Source: an uncultured Gammaproteobacteria bacterium
Lineage (GTDB): Bacteria; Patescibacteriota; Microgenomatia; UBA12405
NCBI GenBank assembly: GCA_964549165.1
Contig: CAZJUH010000002.1
Coordinates: 1,896-65,895, forward strand
Direction: 5' to 3'
Length of the DNA: 64,000 nt
Part shown: piece after piece, positions 28,127-39,098 of the stretch
Position numbering within the stretch: position 1 is the first letter of the stretch
How the letters are laid out: each line of letters starts with the position of its first letter
The notes under the pieces: model-generated
What the model was told of the DNA's origin: nothing
Databases searched by the model: none
The model's input: the letters and a program-made list of their open reading frames with translations, nothing else
Position numbers and translations under genes: made by a program

Positions 28127-30238
28127 ATGGCAGAAGCTATTCAAGTCAGCAAAAACAGAGTCGTCCCGATGGATAAAGTTAGAAACATCGGCATTATCGC
28201 TCATATTGATGGTGGTAAAACCACCACTACTGAGCGCTTGCTTTTTTATACTGGCAATATCCACAAAATCGGTTCTGTTGATGAGGGAACTACTACCACC
28301 GATTCTATGATTCAGGAACGGGAGAGAGGGATTACTATTCAATCCGCCTGTGTCACCACCTATTGGAAAAATTATCGTATCAATATTATCGATACTCCGG
28401 GGCACGTTGACTTTACTGCTGAGGTAGAAAGATCTCTTCGCGTTCTCGACGGAGCCATTATGATTTTTGACGGTAATGCTGGGGTTCAGGCGCAAAGCGA
28501 AACTGTTTGGCGTCAAGCTGATAAATATCAAGTTCCTCGCCTCGCCTATGTCAATAAAATGGACAAGATTGGCGCTTCTTTTCAGGCCACCCTTGAGTCT
28601 ATCAAGCAAAAACTTCATGCTCCGATTGTGTCAGTGGTTTATCCCATCGGCGAAGAGCACGATTTTATGGGGGTCATTGATCTTATGGAGATGAAAATGA
28701 TTGTCTATGATAAAGATGAAGAAGGTATGGAATTTACCGTCAAAGATGTTACTCCTGAATATTTAGAGGCAGCCACGGCAGCCCGGGCGGCTATGGTTGA
28801 AAAAATTGCCAGTGAAGATGAGACTTTAATGGAAAAATTCCTAAGTGATCAGGAAATCTCTGTCGCTGAATTAAAAGCGGTTTTGCGCCACGCGACTATC
28901 AATAGAAAATTATTCCCAGTTTATTGTGGTGCTTCTTGGCGAAACAAGGGAATTCATCCCATTTTGGATGCCATTGTTGATTATCTTCCTTCACCTCTTG
29001 ATATTCCTCCCACCGAGGGTTTTGATATTGTAACGGGCGAGGTCATCAGTCGAAAAGCGGAAAATCAAGAACCTTTTTCCGGTCTTTTATTCAAAGTTCA
29101 ATCTGATCCTCATGTGGGTACTCTTTCTTATGTCCGGATTTATTCTGGGACCGTCAAAACCGGTCAAGAAGTATACAATCCCAATAAGCAAAAAAACGAA
29201 AGAATTGGCCGTTTACTGCTTATGCATGCTGATAAACGCGAAGGAATAGAAGAAGGTTATGCTGGCGAAATTATTGCTTGTATTGGTTTAAAAGAATCAA
29301 CTACCGGTGACACTCTTTGTGACAAGCTTCACCCCATTTCTCTGTCTCCCATTCAATTTTCCGAACCGGTAATTTCCCTCTCAATTGAACCGGAAACTGC
29401 CGATGATCAGGAAAAAATGGGAGCTGCCCTAAATCGTCTATCTTCAGAAGATCCGACTTTTAAAGTCTCATATAACCACGAAACTGGTCAAACTATTATC
29501 GCCGGTATGGGTGAACTCTACCTTGAAATTATCGTTGACCGTCTTAAAAGAGAATTTGGAGTTAATGTTAAAACCGGAGCCCCTCAGGTTGCTTATCGGG
29601 AAACTATCTCTGCTAACGCTGAAGGTGAGGGTAAATATATTCATCAGTCTGGAGGTCATGGTCAATACGGCCACTGTAAAATCCGCATTGAACCCAAAAA
29701 TAGAGGCGAAGGCGTGGAATTTGTCAACGCCATCAAAGGTGGAGTAATTCCCGCCAATTTTATCCCGGCCATTGAAAAAGGAGTTCGTGAGACTCTAACC
29801 AAGGGGATAATCGCTGGTTATCCTTGTACCGATATCAAAATTTCTGTTTATGACGGTTCTTATCACGATGTTGATTCATCTGAAGCCGCTTTTAAATTAG
29901 CCGGATCTTACGCCATTAAAGACGCTTTTGTTCAAGCAAACCCTTTAATTCTTGAACCTATCATGAAGTTTGAAGTAGCGACTCCTTCAGAATTTTTAGG
30001 CACCGTTATCGGTGACCTTTCTTCGAGGCGTGGTCAAGTTGGCGGTACTTCTGAAGCTTTTGGCTTTACTACCGTTACTGCCACTGTTCCACTTGAAGCT
30101 GTTCGCGGCTATGCTACTGTTATCCGCTCCTTGACTCAGGGTCGAGGCTCTTTTTACATGGAACCCAGTCACTATGACCCCGTTCCCCGTGATATTCAAG
30201 AAAAATTGACCATCAAAACCACCGACAAAAAAGATTAA
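28127..30238 (+). CDS. fusA: Elongation factor G
   Basis: RNIGIIAHIDGGKTT, ERGITI, DTPGHVDF, DVDSSE; start set at ATG 28127. Confidence 0.97.
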   Translation: MAEAIQVSKNRVVPMDKVRNIGIIAHIDGGKTTTTERLLFYTGNIHKIGSVDEGTTTTDSMIQERERGITIQSACVTTYWKNYRINIIDTPGHVDFTAEVERSLRVLDGAIMIFDGNAGVQAQSETVWRQADKYQVPRLAYVNKMDKIGASFQATLESIKQKLHAPIVSVVYPIGEEHDFMGVIDLMEMKMIVYDKDEEGMEFTVKDVTPEYLEAATAARAAMVEKIASEDETLMEKFLSDQEISVAELKAVLRHATINRKLFPVYCGASWRNKGIHPILDAIVDYLPSPLDIPPTEGFDIVTGEVISRKAENQEPFSGLLFKVQSDPHVGTLSYVRIYSGTVKTGQEVYNPNKQKNERIGRLLLMHADKREGIEEGYAGEIIACIGLKESTTGDTLCDKLHPISLSPIQFSEPVISLSIEPETADDQEKMGAALNRLSSEDPTFKVSYNHETGQTIIAGMGELYLEIIVDRLKREFGVNVKTGAPQVAYRETISANAEGEGKYIHQSGGHGQYGHCKIRIEPKNRGEGVEFVNAIKGGVIPANFIPAIEKGVRETLTKGIIAGYPCTDIKISVYDGSYHDVDSSEAAFKLAGSYAIKDAFVQANPLILEPIMKFEVATPSEFLGTVIGDLSSRRGQVGGTSEAFGFTTVTATVPLEAVRGYATVIRSLTQGRGSFYMEPSHYDPVPRDIQEKLTIKTTDKKD

Positions 30239-30335
30239 GAGTCTTTACAAGGTTTTTATTTCTCTCTTTTTGTGCTATCATCGGATAAATTACTCGAAAA
30301 AGCTTTAATTTTGTTTTTTTGGCTTCACTTCCATC

Positions 30336-30364
30336 TTGCGAATCTGAGGCCTTACTGATACAAT
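30336..30364 (+). promoter_or_regulatory. tuf-S10 operon promoter
   Basis: TTGCGA-17 nt-TACAAT with extended TG. Confidence 0.6.
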
Positions 30365-30440
30365 TCTAAAGCGTTTTTCGCTACAATTATATTGTTATTA
30401 ATTTTCCGCGGAAAGCGGATATTTTACAAAAAACAAACAT

Positions 30441-31613
30441 ATGGCAGACGTCTATAAAAGAAACAAACCGCACGTTAATGTCGGTACTATTGGTCATGTT
30501 GACCATGGCAAAACTACTTTAACTGCAGCTATTACAAAAACCCAAGGAAACGCAAAATCATACGCTGATATTGCCAAGGGAGGCACCGTTCGTGATGCCA
30601 ACAAAATCGTTACTATTGCTATTTCTCATGTTGAATATGAGAGCGAAAAAAGACACTACGCTCATATCGACTGTCCAGGCCACGCTGACTATGTCAAAAA
30701 CATGATTACCGGTGCCGCTCAAATGGATGGCGCTATTTTGGTAGTTTCTGCTCCTGATGGCCCAATGCCTCAAACCCGCGAGCACGTTTTACTTGCAAAG
30801 CAGGTAAATGTTCCCGCCCTCGTCGTCTTTTTAAACAAAGTCGATTTAGTTACCGATGCTGAATTTTTAGATTTAGTTGAAATGGAAATAAGGGATCTTT
30901 TAACCAAATATGGTTATCCAGGCAGCGAAATTCCTATCATCCGTGGTTCTGCTCTTAAAGCCTTAAATGGTGATGCTGAAGGCATTGAATCCATTAAAAA
31001 ATTAATGGAAGCTCTCGATACCTATATTCCTGAGCCTATTCGTGAACTTGACAAGCCATTTTTAATGCCGATTGAAGACGTCTTTTCGATCAAAGGTCGC
31101 GGTACTGTCGCTACCGGTAGAATCGAACGCGGTCTCGTCAAAATCAACGACGAAGTCGAAATTGTCGGTCTTCGAGACACCAAAAAAGTCGTGGTCACTG
31201 GAGTCGAAATGTTCCACAAACAACTTGAACAAGGTCAAGCTGGCGACAATGTTGGTTTGCTTCTTCGGGGCATCGAAAAAGACGATATTGAACGCGGTCA
31301 GGTTCTAGCCAAAATCGGCACTATTACTCCTCACACCGAATTCAAAGCTGAAGTGTTGTTGCTCAAAAAAGAAGAGGGTGGTCGTCATACTCCAATTTTT
31401 GCTGGTTATCGACCTCAAGTCTTTATTAGAACCACTGACGTCACCGGCGAAGTTATCCTCCCTGACGGTGTCGAAATGGTTATGCCAGGTGATAATGCCC
31501 ATGTTACCATTAAATTAATAAAAGCCGTTGCCATGGAATCGGGCTTCCGTTTCGCTATCCGCGAAGGTGGTCTAACTGTTGGTGCCGGTGCTATCACTGA
31601 AATTATTAAATAA
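30441..31613 (+). CDS. tuf: Elongation factor Tu
   Basis: [28 protein letters not shown]. Confidence 0.98.
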   Translation: MADVYKRNKPHVNVGTIGHVDHGKTTLTAAITKTQGNAKSYADIAKGGTVRDANKIVTIAISHVEYESEKRHYAHIDCPGHADYVKNMITGAAQMDGAILVVSAPDGPMPQTREHVLLAKQVNVPALVVFLNKVDLVTDAEFLDLVEMEIRDLLTKYGYPGSEIPIIRGSALKALNGDAEGIESIKKLMEALDTYIPEPIRELDKPFLMPIEDVFSIKGRGTVATGRIERGLVKINDEVEIVGLRDTKKVVVTGVEMFHKQLEQGQAGDNVGLLLRGIEKDDIERGQVLAKIGTITPHTEFKAEVLLLKKEEGGRHTPIFAGYRPQVFIRTTDVTGEVILPDGVEMVMPGDNAHVTIKLIKAVAMESGFRFAIREGGLTVGAGAITEIIK

Positions 31614-31615
31614 AA

Positions 31616-31924
31616 ATGAAAGGCACCCGGATTCGTATTAGACTTAAATCTTTTGACCACCGCCTCATTGACGAGGCGGCGGTCAAGATTGTTGAGGCTG
31701 CGATTACCGCCGGTGCTTCTGTTCAAGGCCCCATTCCTTTACCTACTGCCCGTAAACTCATTACAGTTTTAACTAGTCCTCATACCGATAAAAACGCTCG
31801 TGATCACTACGAAGTTTTGACTCACAAGCGTCTAATTGATATCTTCAGCACTAATCTTCGGACTGTCGACAGTCTTCAGCACCTCGACTTACCCTCTGGA
31901 GTTGAAGTTGAAGTCAAGATGTAA
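31616..31924 (+). CDS. rpsJ: 30S ribosomal protein S10
   Basis: IRIRLKSFDH, GPIPLPT, HKRLIDI. Confidence 0.97.
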   Translation: MKGTRIRIRLKSFDHRLIDEAAVKIVEAAITAGASVQGPIPLPTARKLITVLTSPHTDKNARDHYEVLTHKRLIDIFSTNLRTVDSLQHLDLPSGVEVEVKM

Positions 31925-31931
31925 TACCGCT

Positions 31932-32489
31932 ATGATTTCTGGATTCCTCACTCAAAAAAAATACATGACTAGTCTTTTTTCCGAAGCTGGTAAAAGGATA
32001 GGAGTTACTGTTTTAGAGGCGAGGCCCCTGACTGTCAACCGACTCCGAAGCAAAGACAAAGACGGTTACGAAGCTCTTCAGCTCAAAACTCACAAAAATA
32101 AATTAATAGAATTTAAATCTACCAGCGAAACTTATCCCGAACTAAAGACAGAAATCACTATCGATACGGTTTTTTCTCCCGGCGACCAGGTTTCAGCGAC
32201 CAGCAATAGTAAAGGTCGTGGATTTGCTGGTGTTATCAAGCGCCATGGTTTTCATCGCCAGCCTGTTACCGGCGGTCAATCCGACCGGGTTCGTGCCCCT
32301 GGTTCCATCGGTGCCCAGACTCCTGGAAAAGTCATTAAAGGTAAAAAAATGCCCGGACATTACGGTAATACTAAAGTTACAGTCTCCAATTTAAAAATTT
32401 TTAAAGTTGATAAAGATCAGAATTTACTTTATGTCACCGGTGCCGTTCCTGGCCATGTTAATTCTTGGGTTGTAATTTCTAAAAAATAA
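31932..32489 (+). CDS. rplC: 50S ribosomal protein L3
   Basis: DGYEALQL, SKGRGFAGVIKRHGF, KGKKMPGHYG; start ATG 31932. Confidence 0.96.
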   Translation: MISGFLTQKKYMTSLFSEAGKRIGVTVLEARPLTVNRLRSKDKDGYEALQLKTHKNKLIEFKSTSETYPELKTEITIDTVFSPGDQVSATSNSKGRGFAGVIKRHGFHRQPVTGGQSDRVRAPGSIGAQTPGKVIKGKKMPGHYGNTKVTVSNLKIFKVDKDQNLLYVTGAVPGHVNSWVVISKK

Positions 32490-32491
32490 TT

Positions 32492-33127
32492 ATGAAAGCA
32501 AGTTTATATAATCTCCAGGCAGAAAAGATAAAAGAAGTCACCCTTCCCGCTGCTTTTTTTGATGCCAAAATCAATGATGATTTAATTGCTCAGGCCATCA
32601 AAATTTATCTTCACAATCAACGCGCCGCTCATGCGGTCGCTAAACACCGAGGTGAAATTGCCGGAACTACCAAAAAAATGTATGCCCAAAAAGGTACCGG
32701 TCAGGCTCGTCATAGTACTGCCAAGGCTCCTCAATTTGTGGGCGGAGGTTCGGCCAACGGTCCCAGAGGTAATCAAAAAACTCCCATGCGTCTATCTCAA
32801 AAACTACGTCAATCAGCCTTAAAATCCGTCTTATCTAAATTTGCCAAAGATAAATCAATTATTGTCATTGACAAATTATCGGCGATTGAACCCAAAACAA
32901 AATCAGCTTCAGCTTTTATCGGAAAACTCGAAAAACAAATCGAATCGTTGGCAAATAGCCGTAAAATTGGTATCATAACCAGTCGTCATTTTGATAGCGT
33001 CCAGCGCGCTTTTAGAAACATTCCCGACATTAATTTAATCTCAGTTAGATCTCTCAATAGTTATGATTTAGCGAGACAAAATTATTTAATTTTTACGGCC
33101 ACCGCCTTAAAACAACTAAGCAAATAA
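32492..33127 (+). CDS. rplD: 50S ribosomal protein L4
   Basis: QKGTGQARH, GGGSANGP. Confidence 0.96.
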   Translation: MKASLYNLQAEKIKEVTLPAAFFDAKINDDLIAQAIKIYLHNQRAAHAVAKHRGEIAGTTKKMYAQKGTGQARHSTAKAPQFVGGGSANGPRGNQKTPMRLSQKLRQSALKSVLSKFAKDKSIIVIDKLSAIEPKTKSASAFIGKLEKQIESLANSRKIGIITSRHFDSVQRAFRNIPDINLISVRSLNSYDLARQNYLIFTATALKQLSK

Positions 33128-33131
33128 AAAT

Positions 33132-33419
33132 ATGATTATTAAAAGGCCTTTAGTCACTGAAAAAGCCATCGCTGCCCAGTCAAATGGGAAGTATTCCTTT
33201 CTCGTTGATCAAAAAGCTAACAAAAATCAAGTCGCCGCTGAGTTTAAATCACTTTTTGGTATCAACGCTCTAAAAGTAAATTTATTTAATTTAAAAGGAA
33301 AGATAAAAACCAACTGGAAAACTCGTAGTCCCATTGTTCATCCCGATCGTAAAAAAGCCGTTATTACTATTAAAAAAGATCAAAAAATCGATCTTTTAAC
33401 CCTAAAAAATGAAAAATAG
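33132..33419 (+). CDS. rplW: 50S ribosomal protein L23
   Basis: RPLVTEKA, KKAVITI; operon order. Confidence 0.95.
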   Translation: MIIKRPLVTEKAIAAQSNGKYSFLVDQKANKNQVAAEFKSLFGINALKVNLFNLKGKIKTNWKTRSPIVHPDRKKAVITIKKDQKIDLLTLKNEK

Positions 33420-34152
33420 ATTATTAACCATCAAGAAAAAGCGCAGCGGTCGTGACTCTCAGGGTCATGTTTCAGTTCGCCACCGCGGTGGTGAACACAA
33501 ACGTTTTCTCCGTCTCATCGACTGGAAAAGAAACAAGATTGATGTTAAAGCCAAAGTTACCATTATTGAATACGATCCCAACCGCAGTGCCAACATTGCT
33601 TATCTCAGCTACGAAGACGGTTCTAAATCCTATATTTTAGCCACTGCCAACCTAAAGGTGGGTGATGTTATTGTCTCTTCTCCCAAGGCTCCCATCAAAG
33701 ATGGTAACAGGTTGCTTCTAAAAAATATTCCCGTTGGTACTCCTATCAACTGCCTGGAATTTCAAGCTGGTCGTGGGGCGCAGATAATTAAATCTGCCGG
33801 TTCTGCCGCTTTTATTCAATCAATTGATGTCAACAAGGTAACAGTTAAATTACCCTCCGGCGAGCTTCGCCTTTTTCCTGGTAACGCCTGCGCTACCATT
33901 GGTCAAATTGGTAATGTCGATCATTCAAACATTAAATTAATTAAAGCCGGTGATTCTCGCCACCGTGGCATTCGACCCTCTGTTCGGGGTGTGGCTCAAA
34001 ATCCTCACTCTCATCCTCATGGAGGCGGTGAAGGTCGCTCCAGTATTGGTATGAATCCCAAAACTCCTTGGGGTAAACCAGCCATGGGTAAAAAAACCAG
34101 AAAACATAAAAAAGCCTCAAATAAGTTAATTATTCAACGAAGAAAAAAGTAA
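33409..34152 (+). CDS. rplB: 50S ribosomal protein L2
   Basis: IEYDPNRSANIA, HPHGGGEG. Confidence 0.97.
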   Translation: MKNRLLTIKKKRSGRDSQGHVSVRHRGGEHKRFLRLIDWKRNKIDVKAKVTIIEYDPNRSANIAYLSYEDGSKSYILATANLKVGDVIVSSPKAPIKDGNRLLLKNIPVGTPINCLEFQAGRGAQIIKSAGSAAFIQSIDVNKVTVKLPSGELRLFPGNACATIGQIGNVDHSNIKLIKAGDSRHRGIRPSVRGVAQNPHSHPHGGGEGRSSIGMNPKTPWGKPAMGKKTRKHKKASNKLIIQRRKK

Positions 34153-34155
34153 ACT

Positions 34156-34431
34156 ATGGCTAGATCGTCAAAAAAAGGTCCCTACATCGATGCTAAATTG
34201 ATAAAAAAAACAGCGGCGAGTCACGATGCCACTCCTATTAAAACTTATGCCCGGGGTAGTCAAATTTCTCCTGATTTTGTCGGTCATCATTACTCTGTTC
34301 ACAATGGTCACAAATTTATTGAAGTTTATGTCACTGAAGACATGGTCGGTCATCGTTTTGGTGAGTTTTCCTTGACGAGAACCTTTAAAGGTCATGGTCG
34401 GATAGTTAAGCGGGTTATTGAAAAAACATAA
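34156..34431 (+). CDS. rpsS: 30S ribosomal protein S19
   Basis: [20 protein letters not shown]. Confidence 0.97.
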   Translation: MARSSKKGPYIDAKLIKKTAASHDATPIKTYARGSQISPDFVGHHYSVHNGHKFIEVYVTEDMVGHRFGEFSLTRTFKGHGRIVKRVIEKT

Positions 34432-34434
34432 AAT

Positions 34435-34881
34435 ATGGCTAAAGAAATTAATAAAACTACTACCAAAAAAGTTGTTGCAAAAAAAGTTGCTACTCCGGTT
34501 GTAGCCACTCCAGTAGTCCCCGAGGTCGAATTCAAATTATCAAAATACACCGATAAAAATTTAAAAATTTCTCCCCGAAAACTTCGTCTTTTGGCCACTT
34601 CAATCAAGAAGATATCCCCCGAAATTGCTTTAACTAAATTATCTTTGACCAATACCAAAGCTGCCAGAGTTTTGGTCTCGGCTCTAAAAACTGCCATTTC
34701 TGTCGCTAAAAATAATTACGATCTATCTCCCGAGACTCTTAAATTTGATACAATTACCGTCAACGAAGGTCCCAAAACCAAACGGATGGATAAATCTCAT
34801 GGCTCTCATTTTGCCAGAGGTATAATCATCAAACGTCACAGTTACTTAACCATAATCATTAAAGGTCAAGTCAAAAAATAA
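34435..34881 (+). CDS. rplV: 50S ribosomal protein L22 (N-terminal extension)
   Basis: ISPRKLRL, VNEGPKTKR; operon order. Confidence 0.93.
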   Translation: MAKEINKTTTKKVVAKKVATPVVATPVVPEVEFKLSKYTDKNLKISPRKLRLLATSIKKISPEIALTKLSLTNTKAARVLVSALKTAISVAKNNYDLSPETLKFDTITVNEGPKTKRMDKSHGSHFARGIIIKRHSYLTIIIKGQVKK

Positions 34882-34884
34882 TTT

Positions 34885-35529
34885 ATGGGTCAAAAAATTA
34901 ATCCAATTGCTTTCAGGCTAAAAACCACCTCCACCTCTCCCGAGTGGCAGTCTTCCTGGTATGCCAGCAAAACCAAATATAAAGAGCTTCTTCTCGAAGA
35001 CTACAAAATTCGCCAGGTTTTACAAAAAAAACTATCTTCGGCGGGTATTGTTGCTATTCGAATTGAACGTTCAGCTAAAAAAATTAAATTAATTTTAATT
35101 GTTTCCCGTCCAGGTCTGGTCATTGGTCGTGGTGGTAAAGAGCTCGAAGCCACCAAGCTTGAAGTTCAAAAAATAATTGGCAAACAAAAAACCAAAACCA
35201 ACATTGATATTCAGGTTGAAGAATTTAAAAATACCGATTTATCAGCTAAATTAGTAGCTGAAAAAATTTCTTTTCAGCTTGCTAAGCGTATGCCTTACCG
35301 TCGCGTTGTTTTATCTGCCATTGAAAAATCTATGGCCGCTGGCGTCAAAGGGATAAAAGTAATTCTCTCTGGTCGTATAAATGGCGCCGAAATTAGTCGC
35401 CGGGAAAAATTTCATCAAGGCCAAGTTCCCTTAAGTACCATAAAAGCTAGAATTGATTATGCCGAAGTTCCGTGTCTGACCCGGTCCGGATATATCGGGG
35501 TTAAAGTTTATCTTTGCTTAACTCAATAA
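34885..35529 (+). CDS. rpsC: 30S ribosomal protein S3
   Basis: MGQKINP, RPGLVIGRGG, SGRINGAEI. Confidence 0.97.
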   Translation: MGQKINPIAFRLKTTSTSPEWQSSWYASKTKYKELLLEDYKIRQVLQKKLSSAGIVAIRIERSAKKIKLILIVSRPGLVIGRGGKELEATKLEVQKIIGKQKTKTNIDIQVEEFKNTDLSAKLVAEKISFQLAKRMPYRRVVLSAIEKSMAAGVKGIKVILSGRINGAEISRREKFHQGQVPLSTIKARIDYAEVPCLTRSGYIGVKVYLCLTQ

Positions 35530-35530
35530 C

Positions 35531-35935
35531 ATGTTACAACCATCACGTACTAAATACCGAAAGCAATTTCGTGGTCGAATGAGAGGTAATTCTCAGGGTA
35601 ATTTAGTCGCCTTTGGTGAATATGGCTTAAAAGCCATGACTTGCGGCTGGATTACCAGCAATCAAATTGAAGCCGCCCGTCGGGCTATTGCCCATGCCAC
35701 CAAGAGAAATGGTCGTATTTGGATTCGTATTTTCCCTGACAAACCCTTTACTCAAAAAGGTGCTGGTGCCCCCCTTGGTGCTGGCAAAGGTGATGTCAAG
35801 GGTTATGTCTGTGTTATTCGTCCTGGTCGTATTTTATTCGAAGTTACTGGCATTACCTTGGCCGAGGCTCATGAAGCTTTGAAACTTGCCGCTGCCAAAT
35901 TACCAGTTATTACCAAAGTAGTTAAAAGAAAATAA
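35531..35935 (+). CDS. rplP: 50S ribosomal protein L16
   Basis: MLQPSRTKYRKQ, IWIRIFPDKP. Confidence 0.97.
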   Translation: MLQPSRTKYRKQFRGRMRGNSQGNLVAFGEYGLKAMTCGWITSNQIEAARRAIAHATKRNGRIWIRIFPDKPFTQKGAGAPLGAGKGDVKGYVCVIRPGRILFEVTGITLAEAHEALKLAAAKLPVITKVVKRK

Positions 35936-35950
35936 TTTACTAAAGATTTT

Positions 35951-36148
35951 ATGAAAAAAACTGATAAAATTGCCTACAAGCAAAAAACAAAAGAAGAATT
36001 GATTACTAATTTGGCTGATCTTAGAAAAAAATTGATGGAAGCCAAGAGTAAACAATATTTAGGCAATCAAAAAGATACTTCTGTTTTTAAAAAAATTCAG
36101 TCAGAAATAGCCTTAATTTCGACATTAATTAATCAAAATGACAGATAA
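35951..36148 (+). CDS. rpmC: 50S ribosomal protein L29
   Basis: Size, helical pattern and position between rplP and rpsQ. Confidence 0.88.
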   Translation: MKKTDKIAYKQKTKEELITNLADLRKKLMEAKSKQYLGNQKDTSVFKKIQSEIALISTLINQNDR

Positions 36149-36407
36149 AATTACTCCCAAAACTGGAAAAATTTTTACCGGCATTGTTGTCTCTGACAAA
36201 ATAGCTAGCACTATTGTGATCTCCTTGTCCTACACCTTTCGCCATCCTCTTTATCAAAAAATAGTCAAGAAAAATAAAAAAATTTATGCTGAAAATAATC
36301 TCAAGGCCAAAATTGGCGATACCGTTAAAGTTCGTGAAACTCGACCTTTAAGTAAACTCAAAAGATTCATTACCTTAGAAATTATTAAATCGGGCACCGC
36401 CGAGTAA
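36138..36407 (+). CDS. rpsQ: 30S ribosomal protein S17
   Basis: GIVVSDK, HPLYQK, ETRPLSK. Confidence 0.96.
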   Translation: MTDKITPKTGKIFTGIVVSDKIASTIVISLSYTFRHPLYQKIVKKNKKIYAENNLKAKIGDTVKVRETRPLSKLKRFITLEIIKSGTAE

Positions 36408-36408
36408 T

Positions 36409-36777
36409 ATGCTTCAACTTAGAACCCGTCTCAAACCAGCTGATAATTGCGGCGCCAAATCTCTCGAAATTATGCATATTTATATTGGTTCAAAGCACAA
36501 ACAGGCCGGTATTGGCGACACTGTTCTCGCCGTTGTCAAAGAAGCAATGCCCAATGGTCTTGTCAAAAAGAAAGAAAAAGTTAAGGCTGTTATCGTCCGT
36601 ACCAAAAAAGAATTAGGTCGTACCGATGGCTCATATATTCGTTTTTCCGACAATGCTGCTGTCATTATTGATTCTCAAAAAAATCCTCGGGGTACTCGCA
36701 TCTTTGGCCCAATTGCCCGCGAAATAAAAGATGCCGGTTATACCAAAATTGCTTCTATGGCCAAGGAGGTTTATTAA
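36409..36777 (+). CDS. rplN: 50S ribosomal protein L14
   Basis: [18 protein letters not shown]. Confidence 0.97.
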   Translation: MLQLRTRLKPADNCGAKSLEIMHIYIGSKHKQAGIGDTVLAVVKEAMPNGLVKKKEKVKAVIVRTKKELGRTDGSYIRFSDNAAVIIDSQKNPRGTRIFGPIAREIKDAGYTKIASMAKEVY

Positions 36778-36778
36778 T

Positions 36779-37099
36779 ATGAAAATTCAAAAAGGTGATA
36801 AAGTCGAAATTTTAATTGGTAAAGATAAGGGTCGCAGTGGGCAGGTTCTTCGTGTTTTTACTAAAAATGAAGAAATAATTATCAAAGGCTTAAATTTATT
36901 CAAAAAACATATAAAACCTAGTCAAGGTCAAAAAGGTGGTATTGTTGAAAAAGAAAGAGTCCTGAAAGTTAGTAAAGTCATGCTAATTTGTCCGAGCTGT
37001 GGCAAAAAAGTTCGCGTTGCTTACCAAATTGATAAAAACGGTGACAAATCAAGAATTTGTCGCAAATGTAAATCTATTATTATGCCGAGCAAAAAATAA
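36779..37099 (+). CDS. rplX: 50S ribosomal protein L24
   Basis: KGDKVEILIGKDKG; start ATG 36779. Confidence 0.96.
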   Translation: MKIQKGDKVEILIGKDKGRSGQVLRVFTKNEEIIIKGLNLFKKHIKPSQGQKGGIVEKERVLKVSKVMLICPSCGKKVRVAYQIDKNGDKSRICRKCKSIIMPSKK

Positions 37100-37104
37100 A
37101 TCAT

Positions 37105-37635
37105 ATGATATCACCTTATCTTAAAGAAATTAATCAAAAACTAACTCAGACACTGGGAATAAAAAATCCCAATGCTTTGCCTAAATTAACTAAAGTCGTT
37201 ATTAATTATCGTGTTTCCGAGGGTCGGGAAAGTAAAGAACTTTTAGCTGCCGCTGAAAAAGAATTAATGGCCATTACTGGTCAAAAACCACGTTTGGCCC
37301 GTTCCAAAAAATCTGTTGCGGCTTTTAAACTTCGTCAGGGAGAACCTCTTGCTTATAAGGTAACCCTTCGCTCTAGTCGGATGTATGATTTTATCAATAA
37401 GCTTTTTAACTTAGTCTTACCTCGTCTTCGTGACTTTAAAGGTTTGCCTTTAGATTCTTTCGATAAACAGGGAAATTATTCCCTCACAATTCGTGATCAA
37501 ACTTATTTTCCTGAGATAGATCTCGATGTTATCAATAAAATTCGATCAGTTGAAGTTACTCTATGTATTTCTGCTTCTTCAATCGAGGAGTCAAAAATGT
37601 TATTATCCACCCTGGGATTTCCCTTTGAAAAATAA
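37105..37635 (+). CDS. rplE: 50S ribosomal protein L5
   Basis: [21 protein letters not shown]. Confidence 0.97.
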   Translation: MISPYLKEINQKLTQTLGIKNPNALPKLTKVVINYRVSEGRESKELLAAAEKELMAITGQKPRLARSKKSVAAFKLRQGEPLAYKVTLRSSRMYDFINKLFNLVLPRLRDFKGLPLDSFDKQGNYSLTIRDQTYFPEIDLDVINKIRSVEVTLCISASSIEESKMLLSTLGFPFEK

Positions 37636-37637
37636 AT

Positions 37638-37823
37638 ATGGCCACCACTGCAAAAAAAGTTAGAGAACTAAAAAAATTAAAGTATTCTGTGCGTTACCAC
37701 AATCGCTGTCAGCTTTGTGGTCGACCTAGGGCATATATTCGCCTTTTCGGACTTTGTCGTTTATGCTTTAGAAAATTAGCCAACACTGGCGCCCTTCCTG
37801 GGGTTAAAAGAGCCAGCTGGTAA
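37638..37823 (+). CDS. rpsN: 30S ribosomal protein S14 (Zn-binding type)
   Basis: [24 protein letters not shown]. Confidence 0.97.
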   Translation: MATTAKKVRELKKLKYSVRYHNRCQLCGRPRAYIRLFGLCRLCFRKLANTGALPGVKRASW

Positions 37824-37827
37824 ACCT

Positions 37828-38196
37828 ATGATTAACTCTCTTTCATGTGACTTATTAATTAGAATCAAAAACGGTAGTCGGGCTGGTCGAAAAAATATTT
37901 CGGCACCCTTATCAAAATATTCTGTTTCTATTCTGGAAAAACTTAAAAAACACGGATTTATTGCTGATTTTACTGTTGATTCAAAAGAAAGACTCATTTC
38001 CATAAGTCAGCCCCGAATTCAAGATTTGGAAATCTATTCGAGACCTTCTCGCCGTCTTTATTGTACTTCTTCTTCCGTTCCTTGGGGAAAAACTCCAAAT
38101 TCATTAATTATTATTTCCACTTCCAGTGGTTTGCTCTCTCAAAAAGAGGCCGTCACCAAAAAACTTGGCGGGGAGCTTGTCGCTGAAATTTGGTAA
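37828..38196 (+). CDS. rpsH: 30S ribosomal protein S8
   Basis: DLLIRIKNG, ISTSSG, GGELVAEIW. Confidence 0.95.
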   Translation: MINSLSCDLLIRIKNGSRAGRKNISAPLSKYSVSILEKLKKHGFIADFTVDSKERLISISQPRIQDLEIYSRPSRRLYCTSSSVPWGKTPNSLIIISTSSGLLSQKEAVTKKLGGELVAEIW

Positions 38197-38202
38197 ATAT
38201 TT

Positions 38203-38742
38203 ATGTCACGCATCGGCAAACAGATTATTATTATCCCAGAAAATGTCACTGTCAAAAGTGAGGCCTCTCTGGTTACTATTACCGGTCCCATGGGAACCCT
38301 CAGCCACAATATTCCCCCCAAAATCCAAGTTATCGTCGAAAACAATCAAATAAAAGTTACTCGCCTCGCCGAAGATAAGCAAACCCGTTCGAGTCATGGC
38401 ACACTTCGGGCTCATTTAAATAATATCGTTAAAGGAGTCGTTACTCCATGGAAAAAAGAACTAGAAATTCGTGGCACCGGATACAAAGCCTCAGTTTCCG
38501 GTAATAAATTAACTGTTCTTGCTGGTTATATTCACCCCGTCTTTATTTTGGCTCCAGAAGGTATTACTATCATTGTCAACGAAGAAACCAAAATCATTGT
38601 TTCGGGCTCTAATCGAGAAGTTGTCGGTCAAATTGCCAGCAATATTCGAAAAATCCGTCCTCCAGAGCCTTATAAAGGTAAGGGGATTCGTTATCTAAAT
38701 GAATTTATTAAGTTAAAAGCCGGTAAAACCGCCAAAGCTTAA
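38203..38742 (+). CDS. rplF: 50S ribosomal protein L6
   Basis: [19 protein letters not shown]. Confidence 0.97.
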   Translation: MSRIGKQIIIIPENVTVKSEASLVTITGPMGTLSHNIPPKIQVIVENNQIKVTRLAEDKQTRSSHGTLRAHLNNIVKGVVTPWKKELEIRGTGYKASVSGNKLTVLAGYIHPVFILAPEGITIIVNEETKIIVSGSNREVVGQIASNIRKIRPPEPYKGKGIRYLNEFIKLKAGKTAKA

Positions 38743-38747
38743 AAAAT

Positions 38748-39092
38748 ATGACCACCCTTAATCAAAGTAAAACCAGACGTCTTCGCCGAGTTCGAGGAAA
38801 AATATCTCAAAATATTACTATTCCCCGTCTTTCGGTATTTCGGAGTAATTGTCATATTTGGGCTCAAATAATTGACGATAAACACGGCAAAACCTTAGTT
38901 TCTGCCTCCACCAAAACTGAAAAGACCAAGGGCACCAAATCCGAACAGGCTAAAGCCGTTGGTAAAGCCATTGCCAAACTAGCGGGGGTCAAAAAAATTA
39001 CCTTTATTAGATTTGATCGTGGTCTCTATCGTTATCACGGCCGGGTAAAAGCCTTGGCCGAGGGTGCCAGAGACGGAGGTCTAAAATTTTAA
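38748..39092 (+). CDS. rplR: 50S ribosomal protein L18
   Basis: [26 protein letters not shown]. Confidence 0.97.
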   Translation: MTTLNQSKTRRLRRVRGKISQNITIPRLSVFRSNCHIWAQIIDDKHGKTLVSASTKTEKTKGTKSEQAKAVGKAIAKLAGVKKITFIRFDRGLYRYHGRVKALAEGARDGGLKF

Positions 39093-39098
39093 AAAATT

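Noticed and set aside
30404-30420. tccgc-ggaaa-gcgga hairpin before tuf as a copy of the 30-bp element
   Set aside because: Single short hairpin lacking the TCCGCC/GGCGGA dimer; more likely a 5' UTR stem.
33409-34152. rplB as a truncated pseudogene
   Set aside because: Frame is intact with all core motifs; only the N-terminal extension is short.
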